64,000 nucleotides of DNA from Bdellovibrionales bacterium. Its GTDB lineage: Bacteria; Bdellovibrionota; Bdellovibrionia; Bdellovibrionales; JAKFYE01. Each line of letters begins with the position of its first letter. Within the stretch, counting starts at the first letter, position 1. Made by a program: the position numbers and the translations under genes. The notes under the pieces were generated by a model. The model worked only from the letters and a program-made list of their open reading frames with translations. It was not told where the DNA came from and made no database searches. Location: the NCBI GenBank assembly GCA_021731045.1, contig JAKFYE010000021.1, positions 31,577 to 95,576 on the forward strand. Direction: 5' to 3'. Positions 10,219-19,774 of this stretch are shown here, one piece after another.

Positions 10219-11585
10219 GATTTAGTTACGAATTTTTTTTTAACTTGAGAGATCGTCTCTGGCGCGCCTCGTACTTTTAAAGTTACGCCATGTTCGTTAT
10301 AGGATTCACTTAGGACTCTCATCTTGGATCGAATATCACCGATGATTCCTTGAGCCGAGTAGGGAATAAAAATATCTTCGTCGGTCATGTGACTTTCAAA
10401 ATAACTCATAATTCGGTCCCTTAGAATTTTGAGATCTTCTTTATTTCGTGTTGATATTAAAATTGCGTCTGGAAATTCCTCACGCAAAGAGGAGATTTGC
10501 TCATTATTTAAACGGTCACGTTTGTTTAAAACTAAAAGACTTGGAATGTCTTGAGCTCCAACCTCATTAAGAACACTGCGGGTGACTTCAAGTTGAGATT
10601 TAAAAGAAGAATCTGAGGCATCTACTACAAATAATAATAAAGAGGCATGTAAAGCTTCATCTAAAGTAGATTTAAAGGACGCGACGAGATCATGGGGGAG
10701 TTTTTTAATAAATCCGACCGTATCTGACATTAAAATTTTAGGACGAGTTTCAGGATGAATCGGGCGAATCGTTGTATCGAGCGTTGCGAAGAGTTTATCC
10801 GCCACGAGAACTTCGCTTCCGGTCATTGCGCGCATTAGAGAGGATTTTCCGGCGTTAGTATAGCCAACAAGGGCCACCGTAATTTCTTGTTCTCGGCGCG
10901 CACGTCTTATTTGGTGTTCGTTTCCGATCGATGCGAGCTCAGATTTAAGTTCTTTAATGCGATCTCGAATTTTTCTGCGATCAAGTTCTAAACTACTTTC
11001 GCCTGAGCCTTTGCCGCCAATTCCACCACCTTGACGATCTTCACCACCACCAGTTTCTCGCAATCGCGGTGCTACATAGGTGAGTTTAGCAATTTCTACC
11101 TGCAGCCGTGATGCGCGAGTGCGGGCATGACGGCTGAAAATTTCAATGATAACGCCGGTGCGATCTAAAACGGTTACTCCGGCAGCGCTTTCAAGATTTC
11201 GAATTTGAGATGGAGATAAATCTGTGTCGACAACAACAATTTGTGCTGAACCTTTTTTTTCTTCAGACAAAAAATCGGCAGGATCATCTTTTTCTACGAT
11301 GTCTTCGTCTTCAATCACTTGTCTTTTAAGTTCGGCCTTATTAAGTTTGCGATCTACCATCGATGCAATGTGACCCGTACCGCCTGTCCAAGCGGCAAGC
11401 TCCATCATTTTACCTTTTCCAAGAATTGCCGTCGAACGATCCGAATTTCTTTTTTGAGTCACTTGGCCGACAACATTGTAACCCAAAGTTGTTACGAGAC
11501 GAGCGAGTTCCTGTAGAGAGCTTTCAAGATCCTCTGCGCTTATTTTGGGTAATTGAATTCCGACTAATACTGCGTTTAAAGACAT
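10215..11585 (-). CDS. hflX: Ribosome-splitting GTPase HflX
   Basis: LQELARL, DRTGVIIEIF, GYTNAGKS, LFATLDT, DTVGFI and NKRD motifs; ATG 11585 preferred as start. Confidence 0.93.
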   Translation of the reverse strand: MSLNAVLVGIQLPKISAEDLESSLQELARLVTTLGYNVVGQVTQKRNSDRSTAILGKGKMMELAAWTGGTGHIASMVDRKLNKAELKRQVIEDEDIVEKDDPADFLSEEKKGSAQIVVVDTDLSPSQIRNLESAAGVTVLDRTGVIIEIFSRHARTRASRLQVEIAKLTYVAPRLRETGGGEDRQGGGIGGKGSGESSLELDRRKIRDRIKELKSELASIGNEHQIRRARREQEITVALVGYTNAGKSSLMRAMTGSEVLVADKLFATLDTTIRPIHPETRPKILMSDTVGFIKKLPHDLVASFKSTLDEALHASLLLFVVDASDSSFKSQLEVTRSVLNEVGAQDIPSLLVLNKRDRLNNEQISSLREEFPDAILISTRNKEDLKILRDRIMSYFESHMTDEDIFIPYSAQGIIGDIRSKMRVLSESYNEHGVTLKVRGAPETISQVKKKFVTKS

Positions 11586-11615
11586 AAATTTAATCTTCTC
11601 ATTAACTTTGGTATA

Positions 11616-11666
11616 GCGCCAAGCCTTGTTCGTGTATGCAGTGCGTACACGAACAAGGCTTGGCGC
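11616..11666. repeat. Perfect 21-bp inverted repeat with 9-nt spacer in the hflX / DUF4336 divergent region
   Basis: gcgccaagccttgttcgtgta (11616-11636) is the reverse complement of tacacgaacaaggcttggcgc (11646-11666). Confidence 0.9.
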
Positions 11667-11708
11667 CATGAAAGGAATATGGGTATGTTGGGTGGACGAG
11701 GAGACCCT

Positions 11709-12371
11709 ATGGAGAATCTCAAATTTCTGGACTCTGTAAAAAAAATGCCAATTATGGCACTACCCGTACGCTCACCTGTAGTGACTTTGAAAAATAATAC
11801 GATACTTATTTCGCCAGGCTCCACTTTAACATCCGAACAGTTAAGAGGTTTAGGTAACATTACAGACATCGTAGCGCCAAATTTATTGCATTGTGCAGGC
11901 ATGAAGTTAGCGACCACAATTTTTCCTAACGCCAAAGTTTGGGGGGTTGAGGGTGCGCAACAAGCAAAGCCAGACATTAAATGGACCCATATTTTGACGA
12001 CGCAAGCGTGGCCCTATCAAGATGAGCTTGCGTTAATTCCCATCGAAGGAATGCCGGCTATAAATGAAGCCGTTTTCGTTCACAAAAGCACTCGCACGCT
12101 CATAGTTACAGATTTTTGTTTTAATCTTGTAAACGCTAAAGGCTTGGGAGCGTGGATTATCCTCAATCTTTTCGGCACATATCGCCAATTTGGAGTAAGT
12201 AAGTTTTTTGCGAGATACGTGAAAGATAGAACGGCTTTTGAAAAATCCGTTAAAAATTTATTCACATATGACTTCGAAAAAATAGTTGTAGGGCATGGCG
12301 AAATCGTACAAGAAAAAGCAAAAGAAAAACTTTTAGCGGCCTTGGCAAAAAGAGATTTTAATTTGAACTAA
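11709..12371 (+). CDS. DUF4336-family (metallo-hydrolase-like) protein
   Basis: ISP, IVAPNLLH, EAVFVH..TLIVTD..FN and IVVGHG motifs; GAGGAG RBS before ATG 11709. Confidence 0.75.
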   Translation: MENLKFLDSVKKMPIMALPVRSPVVTLKNNTILISPGSTLTSEQLRGLGNITDIVAPNLLHCAGMKLATTIFPNAKVWGVEGAQQAKPDIKWTHILTTQAWPYQDELALIPIEGMPAINEAVFVHKSTRTLIVTDFCFNLVNAKGLGAWIILNLFGTYRQFGVSKFFARYVKDRTAFEKSVKNLFTYDFEKIVVGHGEIVQEKAKEKLLAALAKRDFNLN

Positions 12372-12394
12372 AAAAGTGCAGATCCAAAAACTAA

Positions 12395-13108
12395 TTAAAC
12401 CTCTGCAACAGATAAGATTTCTAAGAGTGACGGTAAGAGAGCCTCACTGGATAAACCAAAATCCAAAGCGCACGTTTTAACATATTCAGGTTCGGTCGCG
12501 ATCGTTATAAGCCCGGCTCCTTTGGCTAAAGATTTTATAGCTCGGGAATCTTTAGGTAAGATAGAGTTAAAGGTATTAAAATAGTCCAGATCGATATCTA
12601 AAATATAAGGCTCTCTAAATAAAGGCTCTTCTGAAGCCGCCGATAAAATTCTATTAAAACTATCAAAGCAAGTTTTTAAAAAAGCAGTTTCGATAACTTG
12701 ATCACTGTCTACACGCTTTGAATTTATGTTCCCCTCAACCGTACAGCAAGCAACCTTGTGCTGCCGATAGGTTTCAAGATCTGTGTTTCGCGCATTGTGG
12801 GCAATGATAAACGCCGATGAGACTATGTCGGTATGGATGGCAGTTATAATGTGCTCATCGTTACTTAATTTTTCTAAAGCTTCATCCACCGAGTCTTTTT
12901 TTTGAAAATCCAAACGGGCGAGCCAATCATTCCTTAATTTGTCCGCATCGGCGTAAACTGCACCATATATGTTTTTAATATAATTTCGAAACGGTAAGCT
13001 TGTATCGGTATGATGATCGAGAGTCAAAAGCCGTGGTGATTTTTTTAAAGTACATCGGTATTCGGACCAAGCTGAGAGGACTTTGTGATGACTATCAACA
13101 ATAATCAC
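12395..13108 (-). CDS. UPF0489-family (arginase-fold-like) protein
   Basis: IVDSHH, LDHHTD, ILDIDLDYF and ITIATEP motifs; GTG start with GAGGA RBS. Confidence 0.75.
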   Translation of the reverse strand: MIIVDSHHKVLSAWSEYRCTLKKSPRLLTLDHHTDTSLPFRNYIKNIYGAVYADADKLRNDWLARLDFQKKDSVDEALEKLSNDEHIITAIHTDIVSSAFIIAHNARNTDLETYRQHKVACCTVEGNINSKRVDSDQVIETAFLKTCFDSFNRILSAASEEPLFREPYILDIDLDYFNTFNSILPKDSRAIKSLAKGAGLITIATEPEYVKTCALDFGLSSEALLPSLLEILSVAEV

Positions 13109-13131
13109 ATGGTCCTCTCTTCTGAGTTGCG

Positions 13132-13719
13132 CTATTTTGCGCGTTTAAATACCATTTCCATTTGCTTATATTCAGGTCCATTATCCAAACCTGATCCAAA
13201 CATAGAATAAGTCATGTTGTTATTATCGACAATCTTCCATTCAGCACGATAATTTTGAGTTTTTTCTTTTTTTATAGGGCAAGTATATTCACCAGTATCT
13301 TTTAATGTTTGAGTTGTAGAATCAAAAGTTCCTATGCCGCGCGCAATTCCTGTACCCATGCTATCAAACCAAAGAGTATCATACTTCCCTTTTATATTAT
13401 CATAGCCCGTAATGCCGATGCCTTCAAACGGCATACCCATAGCGTTGCCCTTAGTATCATGTTGAAGAAATCGTCCACCTAAAATCATTTTAAATTTGCT
13501 CGTACCACTTCCTTCTTGAGGTTTAGCATCGGCAGATTCCCAAGATTTAGACGTGTACTTCCAATTACCCACCATGCTCGATAATACTTTGTGGGGCGCT
13601 CCAGGAGTTGAATACTCTTTAAATGCCTTCATCATCTGCTCTTGTTTTGCAGCATCTGGTTTTGTTTCTGCAAAAGCCGATAAAGACGCCAAAACCAAAA
13701 TTAAAAAACTAATCTTCAT
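13132..13719 (-). CDS. DUF1579-family secreted protein
   Basis: Signal peptide; TPGAPH..L..MVGNW, ILGGRF, FEGIG..GYDN and WFDSMGT motifs. Confidence 0.85.
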   Translation of the reverse strand: MKISFLILVLASLSAFAETKPDAAKQEQMMKAFKEYSTPGAPHKVLSSMVGNWKYTSKSWESADAKPQEGSGTSKFKMILGGRFLQHDTKGNAMGMPFEGIGITGYDNIKGKYDTLWFDSMGTGIARGIGTFDSTTQTLKDTGEYTCPIKKEKTQNYRAEWKIVDNNNMTYSMFGSGLDNGPEYKQMEMVFKRAK

Positions 13720-14025
13720 ATATATCTCCTTTTACGAGTCCTAAATTAAACTCTAAATAAAAAATTAAAATTTTGTTGTAAGCCTAATTTAAGTCAACAC
13801 AATCATAACGTGTGAATATTAATAAATATTATAACAACTTTTCATGATTTTTTGCGGCGGTATATGGAACCGCCAATATGTTATCTCGCTTCAAAATAGT
13901 TACGGGATTTTTAGTATCAGTAAATTTGCGAGCTGCAGCAAGCCCTAGGCCGTCATAATCAAACCTAGAGAAGCGCGTTAAAACATCATGGACGACTTCT
14001 ACAAAATGCGATAGGTTTTACGCTC

Positions 14026-14694
14026 ATGAGGAAGTTGATCAACGGGATAGTTGAATTTCGTCGCAAGACCCAACAGGGTTATCGCGAAGCCTTTGGCCGT
14101 CTTGCGACAGGGCAATCGCCAGATACACTTTTTATTGCGTGCTCTGACAGTCGAGTGGTTCCAAATACTTTCGCTTCGACAAATCCTGGAGACTTATTTG
14201 TTTTGAGGAACGTCGGAAATTTAATTCCTCCTTGCGGAATGATGGGAATTTCTTCGAGTGATGGGTCTGAAGCCGCTGCTGTAGAATATGCTTTACTCAC
14301 TTTAAAAGTTTCCAACATCATTGTTTGTGGACATTCAGAATGTGCAGCCATGCGTGCACTGGTCAATAATAGAAGAATTGTTGATACACCCAATTTAAGG
14401 AGTTGGCTCCGACATGGAGACGAGGCGGTAGACCAAATGCATGCCGGAGCAGTTTTAGATGCTACTCTCAGCGAGCATAACCAATTATCCCAATTAAATG
14501 TCCTATTACAAATTGAGCACGTAAAATCATATCCAGCAGTTAAAAAAAGAATAGAAGAAGGAGCACTCAAAGTACATGGTTGGTGGTTTGATATAGCAAA
14601 AGCCGATGTGTATTTTTACGAAGAGAGCAGCCACTCCTTTATTCTCATTGATGAAGTCGCGGCCGAACGCGTTTTGCAACAACTTCAAGATTGA
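14026..14694 (+). CDS. Beta-class carbonic anhydrase
   Basis: GQSP, ACSDSRV, PGDLFVLRNVGN and CGHSEC Zn-ligand motifs. Confidence 0.93.
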   Translation: MRKLINGIVEFRRKTQQGYREAFGRLATGQSPDTLFIACSDSRVVPNTFASTNPGDLFVLRNVGNLIPPCGMMGISSSDGSEAAAVEYALLTLKVSNIIVCGHSECAAMRALVNNRRIVDTPNLRSWLRHGDEAVDQMHAGAVLDATLSEHNQLSQLNVLLQIEHVKSYPAVKKRIEEGALKVHGWWFDIAKADVYFYEESSHSFILIDEVAAERVLQQLQD

Positions 14695-14754
14695 GCCAAT
14701 CTTTGAAATCCAATTATTATTGTTGATCGTCATTCTGCATGCTAGATTTTGCGA

Positions 14755-15195
14755 ATGAGACTATGGTCCTTACATCCTAAATATCTTGATCAAATAGGTC
14801 TCGTCGCTCTTTGGCGTGAAGGTTTACTCGCAAAAAAAGTTTTGGAAGGTAAAACTAAAGGTTATAAAAATCACCCGCAGTTGCTCAGGTTTAAAACAGA
14901 AAATAAAACCTTAGAAAAAATAAATCTATATTTACATTTTGTTTGCGACGAAGCCGAACGCCGGGAATATCAATTTAAGCGCTCTAAACTCTCGCGTCGT
15001 AAAGCACTAGTCAAAAAAATGACTATTACCACAGGGCAATTGGATTACGAATGGAATCATTTGTTAAAGAAACAATTTAAAAGGTCGAAAGAAGATTTTC
15101 TCAGAAATCAAAAAATTACACGACCTCGAGCTCATCCTCTTTTCAAAAGACAAAACGGACGGATCGCTGATTGGGAAGTCATGCTAACCAAATAA
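14755..15195 (+). CDS. Pyrimidine-dimer DNA glycosylase / endonuclease V family protein
   Basis: MRLWSLHPKYLD..GLVALWREGLLA..GYKNHPQLLRF signature. Confidence 0.85.
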   Translation: MRLWSLHPKYLDQIGLVALWREGLLAKKVLEGKTKGYKNHPQLLRFKTENKTLEKINLYLHFVCDEAERREYQFKRSKLSRRKALVKKMTITTGQLDYEWNHLLKKQFKRSKEDFLRNQKITRPRAHPLFKRQNGRIADWEVMLTK

Positions 15196-15282
15196 AAAGC
15201 CTACCAACTGCCCCGACAAAATCTATGTCGTGGGAATTTTTGCCCCTCTCGCTATATCAAGACTCATAAAAATAAAAAATAA

Positions 15283-15298
15283 TGGACCATCAATTGCA
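15283..15298 (+). promoter_or_regulatory. Putative sigma54 -24/-12 promoter
   Basis: TGGACCATCAATTGCA, exact GG-N10-GC spacing. Confidence 0.45.
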
Positions 15299-15424
15299 AG
15301 AACTTGTACGTATTTATCAATATGAAGAGTACATGCTAGTAAAAATTAGAATCTCATATCATTTATAAATATGAGTTGCTTAAGTCGAGGACCTTTTTAC
15401 CTCAGTAGCGAGTATTTATGAGAG

Positions 15425-15440
15425 TGGCATCCTTAATGCA
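15425..15440 (+). promoter_or_regulatory. Putative sigma54 -24/-12 promoter of the 15509 gene
   Basis: TGGCATCCTTAATGCA. Confidence 0.6.
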
Positions 15441-15508
15441 AATATTTGATATAGCTACCTTTGAATACATTCAAACAGTACACTTCATTTCGAAAAGGTA
15501 GGCTTAAT

Positions 15509-15871
15509 ATGGGGAGAGCAACGTCTATGGATATGCTAAAAGCAGGTACCGGAGAAATGCAAAGTTTGAGTCAAAGTATTAATGATTTTCAAAAGAAAGG
15601 ATACATCGCCAATTTTGTACCTTGTTACGACCATTTTGCGGTCAACTCTGGTAAGCAGGTTCTTTATCCTAATGACTTTGTCGTCGACGAAATTGTTAGA
15701 TTTGAAAACTCATCTGATCCTGATGATCAATCTATTTTATACGCGATTTCAGTTCCCACAGAAGGAACGAAAGGACTTTATGTAGATTCTTTTGGAATTT
15801 ATCATGATGAACTTTCCAAACCAATGATAGATCGTATTCAAAACTCTTGGCACACAAACCCGAAATCATAA
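15509..15871 (+). CDS. Conserved hypothetical protein (family often mis-annotated as PRPP synthetase)
   Basis: KGY..NF, F.VDEIVRFE..SDPDDQSILYAI and KGLYVDSFG motifs. Confidence 0.75.
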   Translation: MGRATSMDMLKAGTGEMQSLSQSINDFQKKGYIANFVPCYDHFAVNSGKQVLYPNDFVVDEIVRFENSSDPDDQSILYAISVPTEGTKGLYVDSFGIYHDELSKPMIDRIQNSWHTNPKS

Positions 15872-15892
15872 AGATTTGAATCTCTATCTTTC

Positions 15893-15925
15893 AAGGGACT
15901 ATTAAAAATAGTCCCTTTTTATTTT
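15893..15925. terminator. Bidirectional intrinsic terminator
   Basis: aagggactatt-aa-aatagtccctt stem-loop followed by a T run, between convergent genes. Confidence 0.75.
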
Positions 15926-15926
15926 A

Positions 15927-16259
15927 TTAGCGATTGTTGGTGTCTGGTAATCTTGGATCTGTATCAGGTAAAGAAGGGTTGGTATCTGGTAAGCTCGCAG
16001 GTGCACGATTTAGATTATTATTTAGCGTATTGCTATTAGCACTGCCACTACCATTAAATTGCGATAATGAACTTCCGGTCGCGGCAGGACGTTGATTCGA
16101 ATTTATATCGGGGTTCGTTTGAACCGTATTGGTATCACTATTGTAAAAACCCGTTGGGTTTTTTACAGGATCACTTGTCACTTGAGGCATTGGTTGTCTT
16201 TGACAACCACAAATAAATAACCCGGATGTGATGAGTAATGCAGCGTATGTCACTTTCAT
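15927..16259 (-). CDS. Low-complexity lipoprotein (Asn/Pro-rich, LPDT x3)
   Basis: Lipobox ICG-C; AGGAG RBS; RAPAS motif. Confidence 0.7.
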   Translation of the reverse strand: MKVTYAALLITSGLFICGCQRQPMPQVTSDPVKNPTGFYNSDTNTVQTNPDINSNQRPAATGSSLSQFNGSGSANSNTLNNNLNRAPASLPDTNPSLPDTDPRLPDTNNR

Positions 16260-16374
16260 AGAATCTCCTTAAGAGTATGGTGTCGCGAAAAATGAGGAGG
16301 CTTTTTGCCTCATTTTGGGTGCATTTTTCCCTGTTTTTATCACCTAAACAAATATTCGTCCGCGAACAACAAAA

Positions 16375-16390
16375 TGCAAAGCGGGGACCA
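16375..16390 (-). promoter_or_regulatory. Putative sigma54 promoter of the 16259 lipoprotein gene
   Basis: Minus strand reads TGGTCCCCGCTTTGCA (GG-N10-GC). Confidence 0.5.
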
Positions 16391-16438
16391 ATTTAGAAAT
16401 AAGTGAAGAGAAAAGTTTGAGACTTTTAAGCTATTTTT

Positions 16439-16454
16439 TGGCCATTGTTTTGCA
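16439..16454 (+). promoter_or_regulatory. Putative sigma54 promoter of the 16476-17135 genes
   Basis: TGGCCATTGTTTTGCA, just upstream of a GAGGT RBS. Confidence 0.6.
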
Positions 16455-16475
16455 CATTTGGTAGTGAGGTAAAAA

Positions 16476-16781
16476 ATGGAAACAAACAAAGGTAGAGCAT
16501 CCGAAACTGGTAAGGGCACATGGAAAGAGCGTGCATTTGATGAGGCAACGCAAGCAATAGACCGAGGAGTAACGATATTTTCCGGAATACCTACAATTAC
16601 TCAACAAAGCGATACAAACCTTAATGACCATGAGAGCGTAAAGACACCTGCAGAGTTGCTTTATAATAAAATGATTTTTGCAGATAACTATGAAGCGGGC
16701 TTGCAAAACAGCCAAACCGAAGATATGCGTCGCTCTCGTCGACAAGCAGAAGATTTTCAAGATAAGAATGCGAAAAATTAA
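16476..16781 (+). CDS. Hypothetical hydrophilic protein
   Basis: GAGGT RBS; operon-like with the next gene. Confidence 0.65.
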   Translation: METNKGRASETGKGTWKERAFDEATQAIDRGVTIFSGIPTITQQSDTNLNDHESVKTPAELLYNKMIFADNYEAGLQNSQTEDMRRSRRQAEDFQDKNAKN

Positions 16782-16790
16782 GGAGAAGTT

Positions 16791-17135
16791 ATGGGTGATA
16801 ATAAAAAGAAAAGAGATCTAATCTCTGAACAAGAATTTAATCGTATTCAACGTAAGTCATCACAGCCTTCCGCTGATAGTCCTGCAGATTCGGAAGTGGA
16901 TGCGGGTTCGGAATTTTTAGCGGGCTTAAACTATATGCCTGACGAAAAAAATGAATATCCACGAGACGAAAGCGACATTCCCGTTTTCGATAGAAAGTCT
17001 GCTAGCGAAGTGCCAAATGTCGACAGAAGTTCACCAGATACAGATGAATATAGAATTCCGGAGTCGGCGCGCGTAATAGCTTCGGAACAGCCTAAACCTT
17101 GGAAAGATATGGAAGCCCCTTCGGATACCCATTAG
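16791..17135 (+). CDS. Hypothetical acidic, probably disordered protein
   Basis: AAGGAG RBS overlapping the upstream stop; D/E/S/P-rich. Confidence 0.7.
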   Translation: MGDNKKKRDLISEQEFNRIQRKSSQPSADSPADSEVDAGSEFLAGLNYMPDEKNEYPRDESDIPVFDRKSASEVPNVDRSSPDTDEYRIPESARVIASEQPKPWKDMEAPSDTH

Positions 17136-17161
17136 TATCCAAACAGGAGCAAGATTTAAAT

Positions 17162-18178
17162 TTAAAGAGCTGCTTGAAAATTTAAAATGACCAAAGAGTC
17201 TTCTGTCGTTCTTAGTAAAGGTTTATAAGTGCCTTCGTCTCCACTCATGTTTTTTAACATTGAGTACAGTAATTGTATTTTTGAATTATGCGCTGAAACA
17301 AAATAATTTACACCGAGAGTTGCAGCACTTGAAAAAAGCTCAGGCTTAGAAATTTGGCTAAAATCTTCATAACGTACTACCGCCTGAAGTTCTTCTGAGA
17401 ATAAATAGCTAACGTCAGATACAAGACTTGTTTTCTCTTTATTTAACTCATTGGCTTGTACCGTTTCAATATTGAATACGGTACGTTCAAGTGTAAATTG
17501 AATATTTCCTCCGGTGCGAGTACTGAGGCCGAGAAGGGAGTATGATTGACTAGAAAAAATACCAATTGTGATCAGGTCATTCATTTCAAAATCTATGCGT
17601 CCGTTTGTATCTTTAGAATCATTAGTATCTGAAATATTAGCTGTGGCGGCTCCTGGTGTTGACTGGCCGTTAGAGCTCATGAGGCGTACACGTAAGGGTT
17701 TAACATTATAATCTAACATCACTTCAGGCTCACGACGATCACCGAAGGCCCGCGCTAAATAAGAACGTTCTGGAAGTAAGAGTTCGCTGGAAGACATAAG
17801 GCCTTCCGAAGTTGTAGGAATTTTGAATTGTCCCGCAATCAATTCAAGACCTTCACAAAGAGTAAATCCAACTCCAAGGTCTTGTAGAATTTTATTGTCG
17901 TTGTCGGTAGAGATAGCGCCTGTTTTTAGCGACTTAGCAGGGTCCAACATCACAAACCATCGTGTCTTAGAGTGTACAGAGCCACTGAACTTTAGTTCTG
18001 CACGTCGCACGCGATAATTAGAATGCGGTTCTTGGTTTACGGTCGTATCGTTAATCGCCCAAACTTGTAAAAGTCCATTAAATTTGGCCGTTCCTTTTCC
18101 GACCGAGAGTGATTCCATTTCAGCTGCTGAAGCTCGGAAGTTTAGAAAAACCAGAAATATAAAAACCACTTTTAGCAT
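17162..18178 (-). CDS. OprO/OprP-like outer-membrane porin
   Basis: Signal peptide; YRVRRAEL, ILQD, AGQFKIP and E..MSSSELLLPER motifs; alternating beta-strand C-terminus. Confidence 0.75.
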   Translation of the reverse strand: MLKVVFIFLVFLNFRASAAEMESLSVGKGTAKFNGLLQVWAINDTTVNQEPHSNYRVRRAELKFSGSVHSKTRWFVMLDPAKSLKTGAISTDNDNKILQDLGVGFTLCEGLELIAGQFKIPTTSEGLMSSSELLLPERSYLARAFGDRREPEVMLDYNVKPLRVRLMSSNGQSTPGAATANISDTNDSKDTNGRIDFEMNDLITIGIFSSQSYSLLGLSTRTGGNIQFTLERTVFNIETVQANELNKEKTSLVSDVSYLFSEELQAVVRYEDFSQISKPELFSSAATLGVNYFVSAHNSKIQLLYSMLKNMSGDEGTYKPLLRTTEDSLVILNFQAAL

Positions 18179-18378
18179 AACGTATCCTTTGAAAGAGAGT
18201 TTTCACTCAATATAACAACTTCTAGGATATCTTCTGTCAAGACTCGATCATGATTGTCGAATAGGGCTATATTATTTCGCCATGAATGTACATGTTATCG
18301 GCGATAAAGTGGCTTTAACGATTAGAATTAAATATAGATTTCTAATAAAAGGGAGATTGAAAATAAAACTGCTAAAAA

Positions 18379-19734
18379 TTAAGCGGCACTTTCTTCCTCA
18401 GGCTTGGATTTATCGTTTTCGCTATCCATAAGCGTTTTCCAAATTTTTTTAAAATTAAGACCTTGATAAGCTTTTTCTGATTTTTTTAGAAATTCTTTTA
18501 GATCAAACTGGCCCTTAGCTTCTATCGAAGCATCAAATATATCGTGGGCTACTATAAACACGGCAGCAAGCGGAGCAATTTGATGTGCCTTAAGAGAGTT
18601 TGGAAAACCTGTTCCATCAGGACGCTCATGGTGTTGAAGAACGATCGTGTCAACGTCACTTGGAATTTCCTTCAAACCCTTTAGAATTTCTGCACACTTG
18701 ATCGAATGACTTTTTATAAAATTGTATTGTTCGGTAGATAACGAAGACTTTAACTCGTTTAGTTTCTTGAGATTTGAAATTTGCGCATGTGTGGGATCTT
18801 GAAAAACAAAATCATGAAAAAATGAGGCTAAAACTAACTTTTGAAATGTCGTATCAGATGGCCACTTCATTTGCGCCGCAATAGAACAAGAGATATTCGC
18901 CAATAGAACACTATGGGAAGAAATGTAGTTTTTGCTCTTCATTTGTGAAGATGAAAGAGCGCGAGTTAATTTAGGACTAGCACCAATTGTTTTGATTGCG
19001 AGTTTAACGTTTGAACGTGCCATTTCTTGAACTTCTTCGGTGAAGCCTAGGCGCGAGGAGAGCTCTTGAATAAGATCTTGTACTTCAGTGACGGCACTAA
19101 GAAGAGAGGGGTCGCCAGGGGTCGCGTTTTCGATCATAGTTGTGAGATCTGTATTAAATTTATGAACAAACTCCTGACTTTCTTGTTTTTTAATATAAAG
19201 AAATGAAACTTTCTTTTGATGTAAAAACCGCTCAAGATCCTCTGTCGTAAATTGAGCTCCTGCTCTAAATAATTTTACGTATTTTACATTTGATAATCGA
19301 ACATAAATATCACCACGCAAAGGAACAACTCTTACTAGTAGAGCTGTACTAATGCGACAAAACTCTTGATTATCGTTTGTATTTTTAAGTTCTTTAAAAT
19401 GGTTTTTTACTAAAGGAATAAGTTTTTCGGGAACATCAGAAGTTTGGAATTGCGCTAAAACCTTTATATCTGGGTAAACATTCATACTTTGTTTGTTATC
19501 ACCTAAGACAATTAAAGGTATATTGGCATTGGTGGAGAGCAAATATTTAAATAACTTATCCGTTTCAGCAGTCTGGTACGTCAAAACCAAATCTATAATG
19601 GTGTCACTTAAAAAGAATTCAACGGCTTCTTGGAAATTAGAACATTGAGAGACAGTCGCCCCGACCTGACTTTCAAGGCTAAAGCTAATCATCTCACGGA
19701 CTTCTGATTCTGGGTGACAAACTAATATATTCAT
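18379..19734 (-). CDS. HD-GYP domain protein with degenerate N-terminal receiver domain
   Basis: FFHD and HHERPDGTGFP (GFP variant) motifs; receiver-like N-terminus lacks the canonical phospho-Asp. Confidence 0.8.
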   Translation of the reverse strand: MNILVCHPESEVREMISFSLESQVGATVSQCSNFQEAVEFFLSDTIIDLVLTYQTAETDKLFKYLLSTNANIPLIVLGDNKQSMNVYPDIKVLAQFQTSDVPEKLIPLVKNHFKELKNTNDNQEFCRISTALLVRVVPLRGDIYVRLSNVKYVKLFRAGAQFTTEDLERFLHQKKVSFLYIKKQESQEFVHKFNTDLTTMIENATPGDPSLLSAVTEVQDLIQELSSRLGFTEEVQEMARSNVKLAIKTIGASPKLTRALSSSQMKSKNYISSHSVLLANISCSIAAQMKWPSDTTFQKLVLASFFHDFVFQDPTHAQISNLKKLNELKSSLSTEQYNFIKSHSIKCAEILKGLKEIPSDVDTIVLQHHERPDGTGFPNSLKAHQIAPLAAVFIVAHDIFDASIEAKGQFDLKEFLKKSEKAYQGLNFKKIWKTLMDSENDKSKPEEESAA

Positions 19735-19746
19735 TTTCTATGTAAC

Positions 19747-19774
19747 ATTTCGGAATGAATTAAGAGAAACTTTG
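19747..19774 (-). promoter_or_regulatory. Putative FliA (sigma28) promoter of the HD-GYP gene
   Basis: Minus strand reads CAAA-N16-TCCGAAAT, ending 12 nt before the ATG. Confidence 0.55.

Noticed and set aside
11586-11708. N-terminal extensions of hflX (to 11669) and DUF4336 (from 11679)
   Set aside because: The hflX extension runs through the palindrome, and downstream ATGs fit the family starts or RBS better.
14079-14570. 163-aa ORF antisense to carbonic anhydrase (similar shadows at 23183, 27996, 33290, 34576, 36321, 42360, 53565, 58913-59388)
   Set aside because: These are shadow frames of well-supported genes and carry no motifs.
18295-18330. GCCGATAA upstream of the porin as a FliA promoter
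   Set aside because: No TAAA-type -35 element at the 15-16 nt spacing seen for the other two sites.
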